A stretch of 25,424 bases of DNA, from positions 1 to 25,424 of the forward strand of contig JAITAX010000109.1 in assembly GCA_031283865.1 (NCBI GenBank), read 5' to 3'. Below the pieces are notes generated by a model. That model was not told where the DNA came from and did no database searches. It saw only the letters and a program-made list of their open reading frames with translations. Source of the stretch: Eubacteriales Family XIII. Incertae Sedis bacterium. Lineage in GTDB: Bacteria > Bacillota > Clostridia > Peptostreptococcales > Anaerovoracaceae. A program made the position numbers and the translations under genes. Within the stretch, counting starts at the first letter, position 1, and every line of letters begins with the position of its first letter. This document shows positions 1 to 8,420 of the stretch, one piece after another.

Positions 1-2
1 TC

Positions 3-278
3 GGCACCCTGCGCGGCGTCGCCGCGTTCTTCATGGAACTCTTCAAATTCGCGGTCATCTTCCTGCCCGTAATCGTGCTCATCGCCGTCATCGCGCTCGC
101 GGTCTTCTTCATCGTGAAAAGGCTGCGTTCGCGCGCCGAGAAGCGGGGCGAATGGCCGTGCGGAAAGCGCCTCGGGAAGCCGGGCGACGCGGGCCGAGGC
201 AAGGAAGCGGCAGCGCCGGAGGCGCCAAAGCAGAGCGAGGACGCAAAACAGGCGCCGGAGCGGGACGGCGCGGACTGA
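3..278 (+). CDS. 3' end of a membrane-anchored protein (5'-truncated; possibly DUF4349 family)
   Basis: The frame of ORF 33..278 is open back to position 3 (GTLRGVAAFF-MELFKF...). Hydrophobic segment FAVIFLPVIVLIAVIALAVFFIV, then a basic stop-transfer KRLRSR and a low-complexity tail. This resembles DUF4349 C-termini; the family call is tentative. Confidence 0.5.
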   Translation, partial: GTLRGVAAFFMELFKFAVIFLPVIVLIAVIALAVFFIVKRLRSRAEKRGEWPCGKRLGKPGDAGRGKEAAAPEAPKQSEDAKQAPERDGAD

Positions 279-341
279 TCGCCGCGCCCCGTCCTTGCCG
301 CGCCCCAAGCAAAGCGAAGCGACGCGCGCGACGCGCAAACC

Positions 342-1361
342 CTACTCTATAGGAACATATCCCTCCCTTTCCGCAAGCTTCTTGCCCTCTTCACCCAGCG
401 CCCATTCGGCCAGCCGCGAAGCCGCGCTGTCCGCCGGCTCATCCTGCCTGAGCGCCATATAGATCGTGGACGCGAGCGGATAGCTGCCGTCCGCGACGCT
501 CTTCTCGTCGGGCGCGACGCCGTCTATCTTCAGGTATTTGATCTAGCCGTCGCTCTGCGCGTCCATCGCGTGGTAGTAGTAGGAATAGCCGATGGCAAAC
601 TCCGCGTTTTGAAAGGAGGCCACCGCATTGATGATGTCCTCCGGACCCGCGTAGATCATCTCTGCGGGCACGGGCGCAATCGGCGTTTCTTTCATGACAA
701 ACGCGAGCATACCCCTCTGGCTGCCCGAGTTTTCGGGACGTTGGTAGGCGCGTATCCCGGCGTCACCGCCGCCGAGGTCTTTCCAGTTCTTTATCTTGTC
801 GGAATAAATACCCACGATGTCGTCAAGCCTTACGCTGTCCACGGGGTTCTTCGCGTTCACGAAGAAAGTGAGCGTGCTGTGCAGTATGGGCGTAAGCCTG
901 AGTTGAACCTCCTGCTCTTTCGCATACGCCAATTCCGCCTCGGTCGGCGGCAGCGCGAAGATGATGTCCGCCCGGCCGGTAATCAGGTTCGCGTAGGCGT
1001 CCTGCGCCTTGCTGTGCAGGACGTAAAGACGGGCTTCCTCCAAGGGCAGGCCCATGACCGTCGCGGCCATGGCTTCCGAGAAGGGGATTGTCAGCGTGGA
1101 ACCGTCCACGTGCGGGAACTCCTCGGGCGCCAAGCGCAGGCCCGGCGCGGAATCGCCCGCAACGGGCGCTTCGGCTGCGGGGCTTTCCGCATCGTCGGCA
1201 AAATCCGCGGCGGAGGTGCTTTCGCCCGCATCCTCCTTAGGCTCTTCCTTGGCGCCGCAGCCGATCAGGCTCGCCAAAAGGCAAAGCAGCACCGCGAACA
1301 GCGCGAGCCGCTTGGCGTCGCGCACGGAGCATTTTTGTTTCTTCTTCTCAATACGTTCCAT
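342..1361 (-). pseudogene. PstS-like (PBP_like_2) substrate-binding lipoprotein interrupted by one in-frame TAG at 543-545
   Basis: ATG at 1361 with SD GGGAGAGG upstream. Signal peptide with lipobox LIGC. Motifs PHVDGSTLTIP, ADIIFA, FFVNAKNPVDS, YQRPENSGSQ, AIGYSYYY. Reading through the TAG gives 66 more residues of the expected C-terminus (IKYLKIDGVAPDEKSVADGSYPL...WALGEEGKKLAEREGYVPIE), ending at TAG 342-344. Confidence 0.8.
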
Positions 1362-1444
1362 TCGTGTACCTCTCCCTTTCATGTGCTGATACAAAGCAAC
1401 AATACAGAAACAGGGGGGACAAATGGGGGTATTGGGATAGTACC

Positions 1445-1473
1445 ATTTTACCGCATTTCGCGCCCCGCGTCAA
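1445..1473 (-). promoter_or_regulatory. sigma-A/sigma-70 type promoter for the PstS-like gene
   Basis: Minus strand TTGACG (1473-1468), 17-nt spacer, TAAAAT (1450-1445). Confidence 0.65.
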
Positions 1474-1488
1474 TCCGGCAAACGATCC

Positions 1489-1524
1489 GGACGAACCGGC
1501 TTGGACGAACCGGCTGAACCGGCT
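1489..1524. repeat. short direct repeats GAACCGGCT x3
   Basis: Copies at 1493, 1507 and 1516. The first two extend to GGACGAACCGGCT (1489, 1503). Confidence 0.8.
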
Positions 1525-1650
1525 GCCGCGGCCCGCCGCGGAAAAGCGCTGGGATTTTGCGCCGGGCGCGCCGAAAAAGAAACTTGCCGGCATGTGGTAT
1601 TTTCAGCCTTGACAACCCCTGAACAGCGCAACAACTCACAAACAACTCTT

Positions 1651-1677
1651 GAATCGATATATGCGAATCGATATATG
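1651..1677. repeat. perfect 13-bp tandem direct repeat GAATCGATATATG x2 (candidate regulator site)
   Basis: Copies at 1651-1663 and 1665-1677, ending 13 nt upstream of the predicted -35 of the operon promoter. Confidence 0.75.
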
Positions 1678-1690
1678 TGTAATAATTCAC

Positions 1691-1719
1691 TTGTTTTTTG
1701 TAACTTTTTCAAATATAAT
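1691..1719 (+). promoter_or_regulatory. sigma-A/sigma-70 type promoter of the CIS operon
   Basis: TTGTTT (1691-1696), 17-nt spacer, perfect TATAAT (1714-1719), in the most AT-rich stretch of the window. SD GGAGG at 1776-1780 precedes ATG 1786. Confidence 0.65.
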
Positions 1720-1785
1720 ACTAGTACCTTGTAACATAATAAATACAGCGTTAACGGCAGTCGAAAAGCTGCAATGGAGGCGAAG

Positions 1786-3582
1786 ATGGAAAACGAGCAA
1801 TTGCTGCCTTTTGAAAGAAACCGTTTCTACGTGGGGAAGCTGCTGACATCCTCTGATTTCCTCGCGGAGCAGAGCTACCTGAACAACAAACGGCGCTTTT
1901 TGAACAGCATGATGTTCGGCCACGGCGTTGTCCGCGGTCTCGGCGTTTACAACCTCGACGATCTGTCCGTGATCGTGGAATCCGGCATGGCAATCGACGA
2001 CTCGGGACGGGAGATCGTCGTGGAAAGCACGGTGATCCGGAAGCTGTCCACCCTGGAGGGCTTTGAATCGATTACGGGGGATCGCGCGATGCTGATGCTG
2101 CGCTACCGCGAGGAAGCCATCCATCCCACCTACTCCATCGCGCGGAAAGAGCATTCGGATGCCGAGTACGAGATGAACCGCGTGCGGGAGGGCTGGGAAC
2201 TGTTCCTGACGGAGCAGGCGCCGCCCGACATGCGGCCCGACACCGAGTTTTTGAGCAAGTCCACGCTGTACGCGGACAGCGACTACACGGTGGAGGTCGC
2301 CATACCCGGCAACGTGAGCTGCGGCGAACGCGTCAGGGCCTCCGTCTTCGTCAAGAGGCTTTCGGAGATTCCCAAAAGACTCTCTGTCGACTGCACGATT
2401 CACACGCCCGCTTTCACGGGCGAGAACGGCGATCACGAGCTGCACATCAAATTTGACGACATCCTGCCCGATCAGGGCCGGAGCTTACGCTTCGATTTCT
2501 TCCTCGACGCGCGGAACGAACCCGCGCCCGAGTCCTTTCTCTTAGCCAAGGCCGCTTCGATCCGCGTCAAAACGGACGGGGAGGTCAAGCAAGCGGACGG
2601 CGATCTGATGCTCAAGGTGAACGTCACAGACATCCCGCTGTATGAGCTGATCGGACGCGAGGTCGGACGCGTGAACCTCGAAACGGCGCTTGACGCGGGG
2701 AATGCGAACATGGTCTGCCTCGCGGAGCTTTCCCTGCAGAGGAGCAAGACGGATTACATCGTGGATCGAATCGAGGATCGCCGCGTCTATATCCGCACGA
2801 TGGCCTCTGAGTCGATGCGCCGCGAGTACGCGTCCTATTTTGAGCGCGCGCAGACGCCCGCGCGCAGCGACGGCGAGACGCCCGCGGCTCCGGACTTCGC
2901 GGGGGCGGTCTTTCGCGAACCGCTGTACGCCACGGGCCTGTGCGAGATTCCGCTCGGCGCCAATCCGCGCAAGGGCGAAATCTTCCTTTCGGACGAGATC
3001 ATGCACGGACTCGGCGAGGGCAACATCTACGTGGACGTCGGATTTGAATACATCGCGGAGGAGGGCCGCAACGCCTCTGCGGAAAGGCATACGATTTACG
3101 GCGATCCCGATCTGTTCGAGCGGGAGAACCCGCAGGTGGCCTACGCGACGACCGCGGTCAAGGTCTACGCGGAGCGGGGCAGTTTCATCATAGCCGCCGC
3201 GCTCACCAAGCCGACGAACTACGCCGTGATCTCCCTGCGGTGGGTGGCCGTGAAGCTGCCCGTCGGCGGGGACAGGCTGCTCCCGCGGAATACGGCGGGC
3301 CTCAGCATATCGGCGCTGACGCCGACAATCGTGCTCGGTATGCGGGAGACCCATTACTTCGCCGTCAGCTTCAAGAATATGGAGCCGTGTACGCTCACCT
3401 ACGAGCTTACGGAACGAAATTCGGGCGAGATCAGCGCCGACGGCGTGTATACCGCGCCGTCGAAAGAGGGCGTCTACGAGATTCGGATCTCCTGCGCGGA
3501 CATGCCGATGATCGGCACGTATGCGTATGCGGTCGTCAAGCGGGATCCGTTCAAGGAGGACGGGGGCGAAACGAGCGCGTAA
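1786..3582 (+). CDS. CIS-associated protein (598 aa) with N-terminal 'ERNRFY-GKLLT-DF-EQ-Y' domain and C-terminal Ig-like segment
   Basis: GGAGG 5 nt before ATG 1786 (a better start than 1774). I recognise the N-terminal motif FERNRFYVGKLLTSSDFLAEQSYLNNKRR...GHGVVRGLGV from uncharacterised eCIS-linked proteins. The C-terminal GEISADGVYTAPSKEGVYEIRISC is typical of bacterial Ig-like domains. Confidence 0.7.
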   Translation: MENEQLLPFERNRFYVGKLLTSSDFLAEQSYLNNKRRFLNSMMFGHGVVRGLGVYNLDDLSVIVESGMAIDDSGREIVVESTVIRKLSTLEGFESITGDRAMLMLRYREEAIHPTYSIARKEHSDAEYEMNRVREGWELFLTEQAPPDMRPDTEFLSKSTLYADSDYTVEVAIPGNVSCGERVRASVFVKRLSEIPKRLSVDCTIHTPAFTGENGDHELHIKFDDILPDQGRSLRFDFFLDARNEPAPESFLLAKAASIRVKTDGEVKQADGDLMLKVNVTDIPLYELIGREVGRVNLETALDAGNANMVCLAELSLQRSKTDYIVDRIEDRRVYIRTMASESMRREYASYFERAQTPARSDGETPAAPDFAGAVFREPLYATGLCEIPLGANPRKGEIFLSDEIMHGLGEGNIYVDVGFEYIAEEGRNASAERHTIYGDPDLFERENPQVAYATTAVKVYAERGSFIIAAALTKPTNYAVISLRWVAVKLPVGGDRLLPRNTAGLSISALTPTIVLGMRETHYFAVSFKNMEPCTLTYELTERNSGEISADGVYTAPSKEGVYEIRISCADMPMIGTYAYAVVKRDPFKEDGGETSA

Positions 3583-3616
3583 ACGTCTTCAGGCGAAGAT
3601 ACCGCGGAGGGAATGT

Positions 3617-4459
3617 ATGATTTTTTACGCCGGCGATATGGTTTTGGAGCCTGTGCGGGAGGTATTCGACGGGCCGAAAAACGGCGTTTCGATATGCAGG
3701 GATCTGCAGTCGCCCATCGGCGCGCATTACGTGCTTTTGAGGGTCAAGGACCGGACGCTCGCGAGGCGTTTGATCGCGATCTTTGAGCATTCGGAACGCA
3801 TATTGTCGGAGGGCGTTTCACCCTATGTCGCGTGCTTCACGCAGAACGAGCTGCTGTGCTATCTGTTCGACTATCGCGAGGAACGGCGGATCGGCCTGTT
3901 CGCGCCCGGGCAGATCGGCTCGTCTGCGGCTTGGGAGTCCGTATGCGTCAATCTGGTGCTGGAATGCCTTTCCTCCCCGATTCCTTTTCCCCTGCTGTCC
4001 CTGTCCCTTGCGCCGGACAACGTGCATTTGGAAAAGGACGGAGCGATTTTCTTCACGCCGTACTACGATTTGTCGCAGCTTTCCGACGCGGACGACGAGT
4101 CGGTCTGCGCGCGCAGATGCGTCGAACTCATGCTGTCGCTGCTGCCGACAAAGGGGCATCTGAAGAGCGCCGAGCTGATGCGCAAGAAGCTTTTGAAGAG
4201 CGCTTTTCGCAGCCTGCCGGAGCTGTACCGAGACATCAAGGTGACGGAGCTTCCGAAGAAAAGGAAGTTTAAGGCATACATGGCGGACCTTTGGCGGCAC
4301 AACAAGGACAGGCTGTTCTCCCTTATGCTTGTGCTCTGCGTGATCGCCGCGATCTTTGCGGTCATCGTGCTGCTCTCGCAACTGATCTTTGGGAATGTAC
4401 CGATACTTCGCATCTTTGAAAGGTGCTTTGACGTAATAGGCTTGCGCTCCTTGCGCTGA
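3617..4459 (+). CDS. membrane-anchored protein (280 aa), possible degenerate protein-kinase fold
   Basis: GGAGG 3606-3610, ATG 3617. LSLAPDNVHLEKDGAIFF resembles the kinase catalytic loop (DLKPxNILLxxxGxIK) without HRD/DFG. One C-terminal TM helix (LFSLMLVLCVIAAIFAVIVLLSQLIFG). Confidence 0.6.
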   Translation: MIFYAGDMVLEPVREVFDGPKNGVSICRDLQSPIGAHYVLLRVKDRTLARRLIAIFEHSERILSEGVSPYVACFTQNELLCYLFDYREERRIGLFAPGQIGSSAAWESVCVNLVLECLSSPIPFPLLSLSLAPDNVHLEKDGAIFFTPYYDLSQLSDADDESVCARRCVELMLSLLPTKGHLKSAELMRKKLLKSAFRSLPELYRDIKVTELPKKRKFKAYMADLWRHNKDRLFSLMLVLCVIAAIFAVIVLLSQLIFGNVPILRIFERCFDVIGLRSLR

Positions 4460-4522
4460 CCGGCGGCGCGTCGCCGACGTTTCGGAAAAGGATGCGGACG
4501 AGAATGGAGGGAGGAAGCGAAT

Positions 4523-7156
4523 ATGCGCAGAATGATCGGCTTTACGGTCGCGATCTTCGTTTTGTTCGTCGCCCTGATTCTGTTCAATCCGTGGACGGCG
4601 CCCTCGCTTGACGGGGTTGAACCGCGCATAGCGGCCGCGCCTGACGGGAGCGCGTACTATTTTGCGGTGAACAGAGCGGACGGCGCTTATATCGTCGGGA
4701 CGAACGCGGCGGGCGAGATCCGCAGCGTACACCGTGAAGCCGGCACGGGCGACCGCCGCGCGGTCATCGCGGACCTCCTCTGGCAGGACGGCGGCATCTG
4801 GTTCGTTCGCGATCTGAGCGAAGAGGGTTCCGCGCGCGCGGACAAGCGGGACATCCGCCGGATGGACGCGCTTACGGGCGCCGTAGACACCGTATTCCCG
4901 CGCATGGCGCTTTCCGCTTCCCTGCCCGCCCGCCTCAGCTCCGACCGGGAGAACCTCTATCTGACGCTCCGCGCCGCAGACGGCAGCAGTGCCTCCGCCT
5001 ACATCCTGCCCTATGCGCAGGACGAGGAGGACGAAAAGGGCGCGGGTTTCACGGGCGGCGAACCGAACCTGCTGCTGACCGCAGCGGCCCCGGACGACGC
5101 GCTCATCCTGTCCGCCGTCACCGACGGACGCCGGCTGTACTGCAGCACCTCTGCGGGGAACGTAAGCGCCCTTTCGGCCGGCGGCGCGCGCGCGGTGTTT
5201 GCGGACGGTATGCCGACGGGCCTTTCCTACGAGAACGACGGGCTGTTCTTCGCGGACGTCGCCTCGAATACGGTCTATTCGGAAAAAGAGGGCGCGTCCT
5301 ATCGCAAGGATCTGCCGGCCGGGACCCCCTACGTCCTCGCGGGCGCGTCGCCCGACAATCTGCGCTTCACTGTCCTCGTTTCGACGGCCGGCGGCCGGAG
5401 CGCCCTGATCGCCTACGACGGGGTCGATTACGGCGAGCCGTTCCACTTCGCTTTCAATCCGGCGAGCAACCTGCGCTTCGCCCTGTACAGGATCGGAACG
5501 CCCGAGGGCGTCTGCGTTCTCGCGGCTTTCTTCTTCCTGCTTTGCTTAGGCGCCTGCATTCTCGCGCGGACGCTCTTTCTGCGGCTTCTCTCGCTGCAAT
5601 GCTGCCTCGTGCTGCTCATCGTTTCCGTCGCCGTGGGTACGGGTTACTTCGTCGAGCGGGACAAGCTCGTCGGCGGCGCGCCGCAGGATGCCGCTTTCCT
5701 TGCGGCCCTGCGCGCCGAGGAACTCGGCGGCGCGCTCGATTCGACCTTTTCGCCGGCCTCCGACGTGCTGCGGGCGCGGCTCGCGGATTATTCCGAAACC
5801 CTGCTTGCATCGCACGGCGACGCGCTTACGGTCGCGTCCTCCGTCGATCTGCCGACGGGACTTCCCGCGGCGGCGGGCTTCGGCCCGGAGGTCGCGGCGC
5901 TCGCGAAAGCGGCCGCGGATGCGGGCGAGCCGCAGTCCGACTTCGGTCGCGCGCGGGGCCGCGCGACGCTGTTCGCGGCGGCGCCCTTTTTCGCCTCCGG
6001 GGATTCTTCGCTGCTGCTCCTGCTCTCCGCGGACGCCGCGCATATGGAATACGCCCTTGCGCGCGCGTTTTTCTCGCTGCTGCGCGTCTGCGCGCTGCCG
6101 GGCCTCGGCGCCCTGCTGCTGTGCGTCTGCCTGACCGCGGCGTGGATGTGGCCCCTGCTGCGCGTACCCAAGCAGATGAGCGAAATCGCGGCGCGGGGCG
6201 TCTGGGATGAAAAGACGCGCTTCGCTTTCGGCGAGATCGGGAACATCCAAAAGGCCGTGCAGGAGGTCTGCATGTCCCTCTCGATCCGCGAATACGAGAT
6301 GTCCGTCGCGATAAAGAATTACCGGCGCTTCATGCCGCAGGACCTCGACCGCATGTTGGACCGCGCAAATCTGATGGAGATCGAATACGGCGACGTCGCG
6401 TGCGGCGAGGGCGATTTCGGCTTAGTCACGACCGTGCTGAAAGGCCCTAAGCGCTTCGGCACGAACCAGCGCCGCTTTCTGGATTTCGTGTTCGCCGCCT
6501 TTCACAGCATCTACGCGGCGGCGGACGGCAGCGCCGTGTTCCTGCGGCCGGGTTTTTCGCTGACGGGCTTCACCCTGCTCTTTCGCGGCGGCGCCGCCGA
6601 CGGCGTGCGCATGGGCATACGGCTCGCGACCGAAGCGGTCCCGGCGCCGGAGGGTGTGCCGAGGCCGGAATTTCTGCTGATCCTGCACCGGACGGGCTAC
6701 GAATACGGCGTGACGGGCCGCGACGCGCGCGGCATCACGTTCCTGTCGTCCTATGAGCTGGGACTGCTCTCCAAGTATTCGGTGCGGCTTTCGACGCTCG
6801 GCGTCAAGCTCCTCGTCACGGAACGCTGCGAAGAGACCCTTGCGGACACCGTGTCCACGCGCTACATAGGCTATATAAGCTCCTCGGACGAGCAGCACAG
6901 CATCAAGCTGTACGAAGTGCTTGACGTATACCGGGAAAGCGCGAAGTCGCTGCGAAAGCAGTCGAACGCGCGGTTTCAGGAGGCCATACGGCTCTACTAC
7001 AAGAACGACTTCTACCTCGCGCGCAACATATTTTCGGAGGTCTTCAAAAACTGTCCCGATGACGGCGTCGCGAAGTGGTATATTTTCGCCTGTGAACGCC
7101 TGTTCAACAAGACGGATTTTTCGACGATCAATTACAGCATCTTCGGGGCGGACTGA
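4523..7156 (+). CDS. membrane sensor-like protein: extracellular beta-rich domain, TMs, HAMP-like linker, degenerate class III nucleotide cyclase domain, C-terminal TPR-like helices
   Basis: Strong SD. N-terminal TM; further TMs near residues 330-375 and 520-545. YRRFMPQDLDRMLDRANLMEIEYGD and IKLYEVLD...RFQEAIRLYYKNDFYLARNIFSEVFKNCPDDGVAKWY match the flanks of HAMP-cyclase-TPR proteins. The FxDIxGFT and IGDA catalytic motifs are absent. Confidence 0.65.
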   Translation: MRRMIGFTVAIFVLFVALILFNPWTAPSLDGVEPRIAAAPDGSAYYFAVNRADGAYIVGTNAAGEIRSVHREAGTGDRRAVIADLLWQDGGIWFVRDLSEEGSARADKRDIRRMDALTGAVDTVFPRMALSASLPARLSSDRENLYLTLRAADGSSASAYILPYAQDEEDEKGAGFTGGEPNLLLTAAAPDDALILSAVTDGRRLYCSTSAGNVSALSAGGARAVFADGMPTGLSYENDGLFFADVASNTVYSEKEGASYRKDLPAGTPYVLAGASPDNLRFTVLVSTAGGRSALIAYDGVDYGEPFHFAFNPASNLRFALYRIGTPEGVCVLAAFFFLLCLGACILARTLFLRLLSLQCCLVLLIVSVAVGTGYFVERDKLVGGAPQDAAFLAALRAEELGGALDSTFSPASDVLRARLADYSETLLASHGDALTVASSVDLPTGLPAAAGFGPEVAALAKAAADAGEPQSDFGRARGRATLFAAAPFFASGDSSLLLLLSADAAHMEYALARAFFSLLRVCALPGLGALLLCVCLTAAWMWPLLRVPKQMSEIAARGVWDEKTRFAFGEIGNIQKAVQEVCMSLSIREYEMSVAIKNYRRFMPQDLDRMLDRANLMEIEYGDVACGEGDFGLVTTVLKGPKRFGTNQRRFLDFVFAAFHSIYAAADGSAVFLRPGFSLTGFTLLFRGGAADGVRMGIRLATEAVPAPEGVPRPEFLLILHRTGYEYGVTGRDARGITFLSSYELGLLSKYSVRLSTLGVKLLVTERCEETLADTVSTRYIGYISSSDEQHSIKLYEVLDVYRESAKSLRKQSNARFQEAIRLYYKNDFYLARNIFSEVFKNCPDDGVAKWYIFACERLFNKTDFSTINYSIFGAD

Positions 7157-7183
7157 TACGTCGGAAAGGAGGGGCGGCCTCTT

Positions 7184-8389
7184 ATGAATTTGTGGAATGT
7201 GCTGTTTGGCGCCATGCGCGCGCGCGCGGCGGCGATCTGGACGAAGCTGCGGCTTCTGCTCAATCCCACGTTTTGGTCGACGCGCGGCATCACCTTGGTG
7301 CGCAGCTTCTTCGTTCGCCTGCTCGACGTGCGGCCTCGGCACAAGCGGGACTATTATTCCGTTTTGAACTGGCTCGTCAGCAAGCGTCTGGCTTTCGCGC
7401 TCGTCGTGATATTGGGCGTCGTGAGCCTGTGGTACGTGTTCGCCGTGTCTCCCCTGACCCCGCGCCTCGGCGTGTCCTCCGACGCGACGCCGAGCTATTC
7501 CTACCGCTCTTTCGCGCTGAAATTCTACAAGGGCGACGCGCGCATCTTAGACGCGAACAGGCGGGAAGCCTATGTGGGCGCGGTCAGCGACGGGCGCGCC
7601 AACGGGGAGGGCAAGCTCTTCGACGAGCAGGGCGCGCTGATGTACGCGGGGACGTTCAAGGACAGCATGTACGAGGGGCAGGGAGAAATCTACTATCCGA
7701 GCGGCGCCGTGCAGTACAGGGGTTCCTTTTCCCGCAATCTGTACAACGGCTCGGGTTCGTACTTCCGGCAGGGGGGCGTCTTGGAATACGCGGGTGAATA
7801 CGTCAACGGCACCCGGCAGGGCGAGGGCGCTCTCTACAACGCGAGCGGCAACCCCATCTTTTCGGGCCGGCTGCGGAAGGACCGCATCGTATACGAAGAA
7901 TTTGTCGGCAAGACCGCGCCCGAAGCGGCGGAGATGTACACGGGCCGAAGCATCATATACACCGCCGACGACCTGTACTGCGCGGACCTGCGCGAGATCG
8001 GCGCGGTGTATGCGGCGCGCAGCGGCGCGGACTCGGTGGACGAGGAATGGCGGATAGAGCGGGTCTACGTGCTCTCCGATTCCATCACGCTCGGCGGCAA
8101 GGACTTGCAGTCGACGGACGATGTCGCCGCCGCGCTCGGCGAGCCGACCTACTTCGGCGAAACCTGGCTGACGCTGCCCGACGCCGTGGCCGCCAACCTG
8201 TGCGAGGGGACGGGCCTTGAACCCGTGGATATGGAGTTGCAGCGGGATTTCGAAGACGCTTACACGGTGAGCGCTTACGACGAGAATCGCCAAATGTACA
8301 TATACGTCTTTGAAAACGACGGCTTTGCCTATACGTTTTACTGCGAGAACAGCACTTCGACGGACTTTTTCATGTACAGTGCGGAATAA
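7184..8389 (+). CDS. MORN-repeat membrane protein (401 aa)
   Basis: GGAGG upstream. One TM (LAFALVVILGVVSLWYVFAVSPL). About 4-5 tandem YxGxxxxxxxxGxGxxxxxxG repeats (YVGAVSDGRANGEG, YAGTFKDSMYEGQG, YRGSFSRNLYNGSG, YAGEYVNGTRQGEG). Confidence 0.8.
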   Translation: MNLWNVLFGAMRARAAAIWTKLRLLLNPTFWSTRGITLVRSFFVRLLDVRPRHKRDYYSVLNWLVSKRLAFALVVILGVVSLWYVFAVSPLTPRLGVSSDATPSYSYRSFALKFYKGDARILDANRREAYVGAVSDGRANGEGKLFDEQGALMYAGTFKDSMYEGQGEIYYPSGAVQYRGSFSRNLYNGSGSYFRQGGVLEYAGEYVNGTRQGEGALYNASGNPIFSGRLRKDRIVYEEFVGKTAPEAAEMYTGRSIIYTADDLYCADLREIGAVYAARSGADSVDEEWRIERVYVLSDSITLGGKDLQSTDDVAAALGEPTYFGETWLTLPDAVAANLCEGTGLEPVDMELQRDFEDAYTVSAYDENRQMYIYVFENDGFAYTFYCENSTSTDFFMYSAE

Positions 8390-8420
8390 AACCGCGAGTG
8401 AAAGGAAAGGGGGAAGCAAG

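Noticed and set aside
263-294. GC-rich hairpin between convergent genes as an intrinsic terminator
   Set aside because: A bulged stem is possible, but there is no U-tract on either strand, so it is not supportable.
1413-1436. G-tracts (G6, G5, G3) as a G-quadruplex or phase-variable tract
   Set aside because: Only three tracts, the homopolymers are short, and they lie downstream of the predicted leftward promoter rather than in its spacer.
1489-1524. CRISPR array or riboswitch in the divergent intergenic region
   Set aside because: The repeats are only 9-13 bp with no unique spacers. GGCAAAC/GGACG resembles fragments of a c-di-GMP-I aptamer, but the required stems and GNRA loop are absent.
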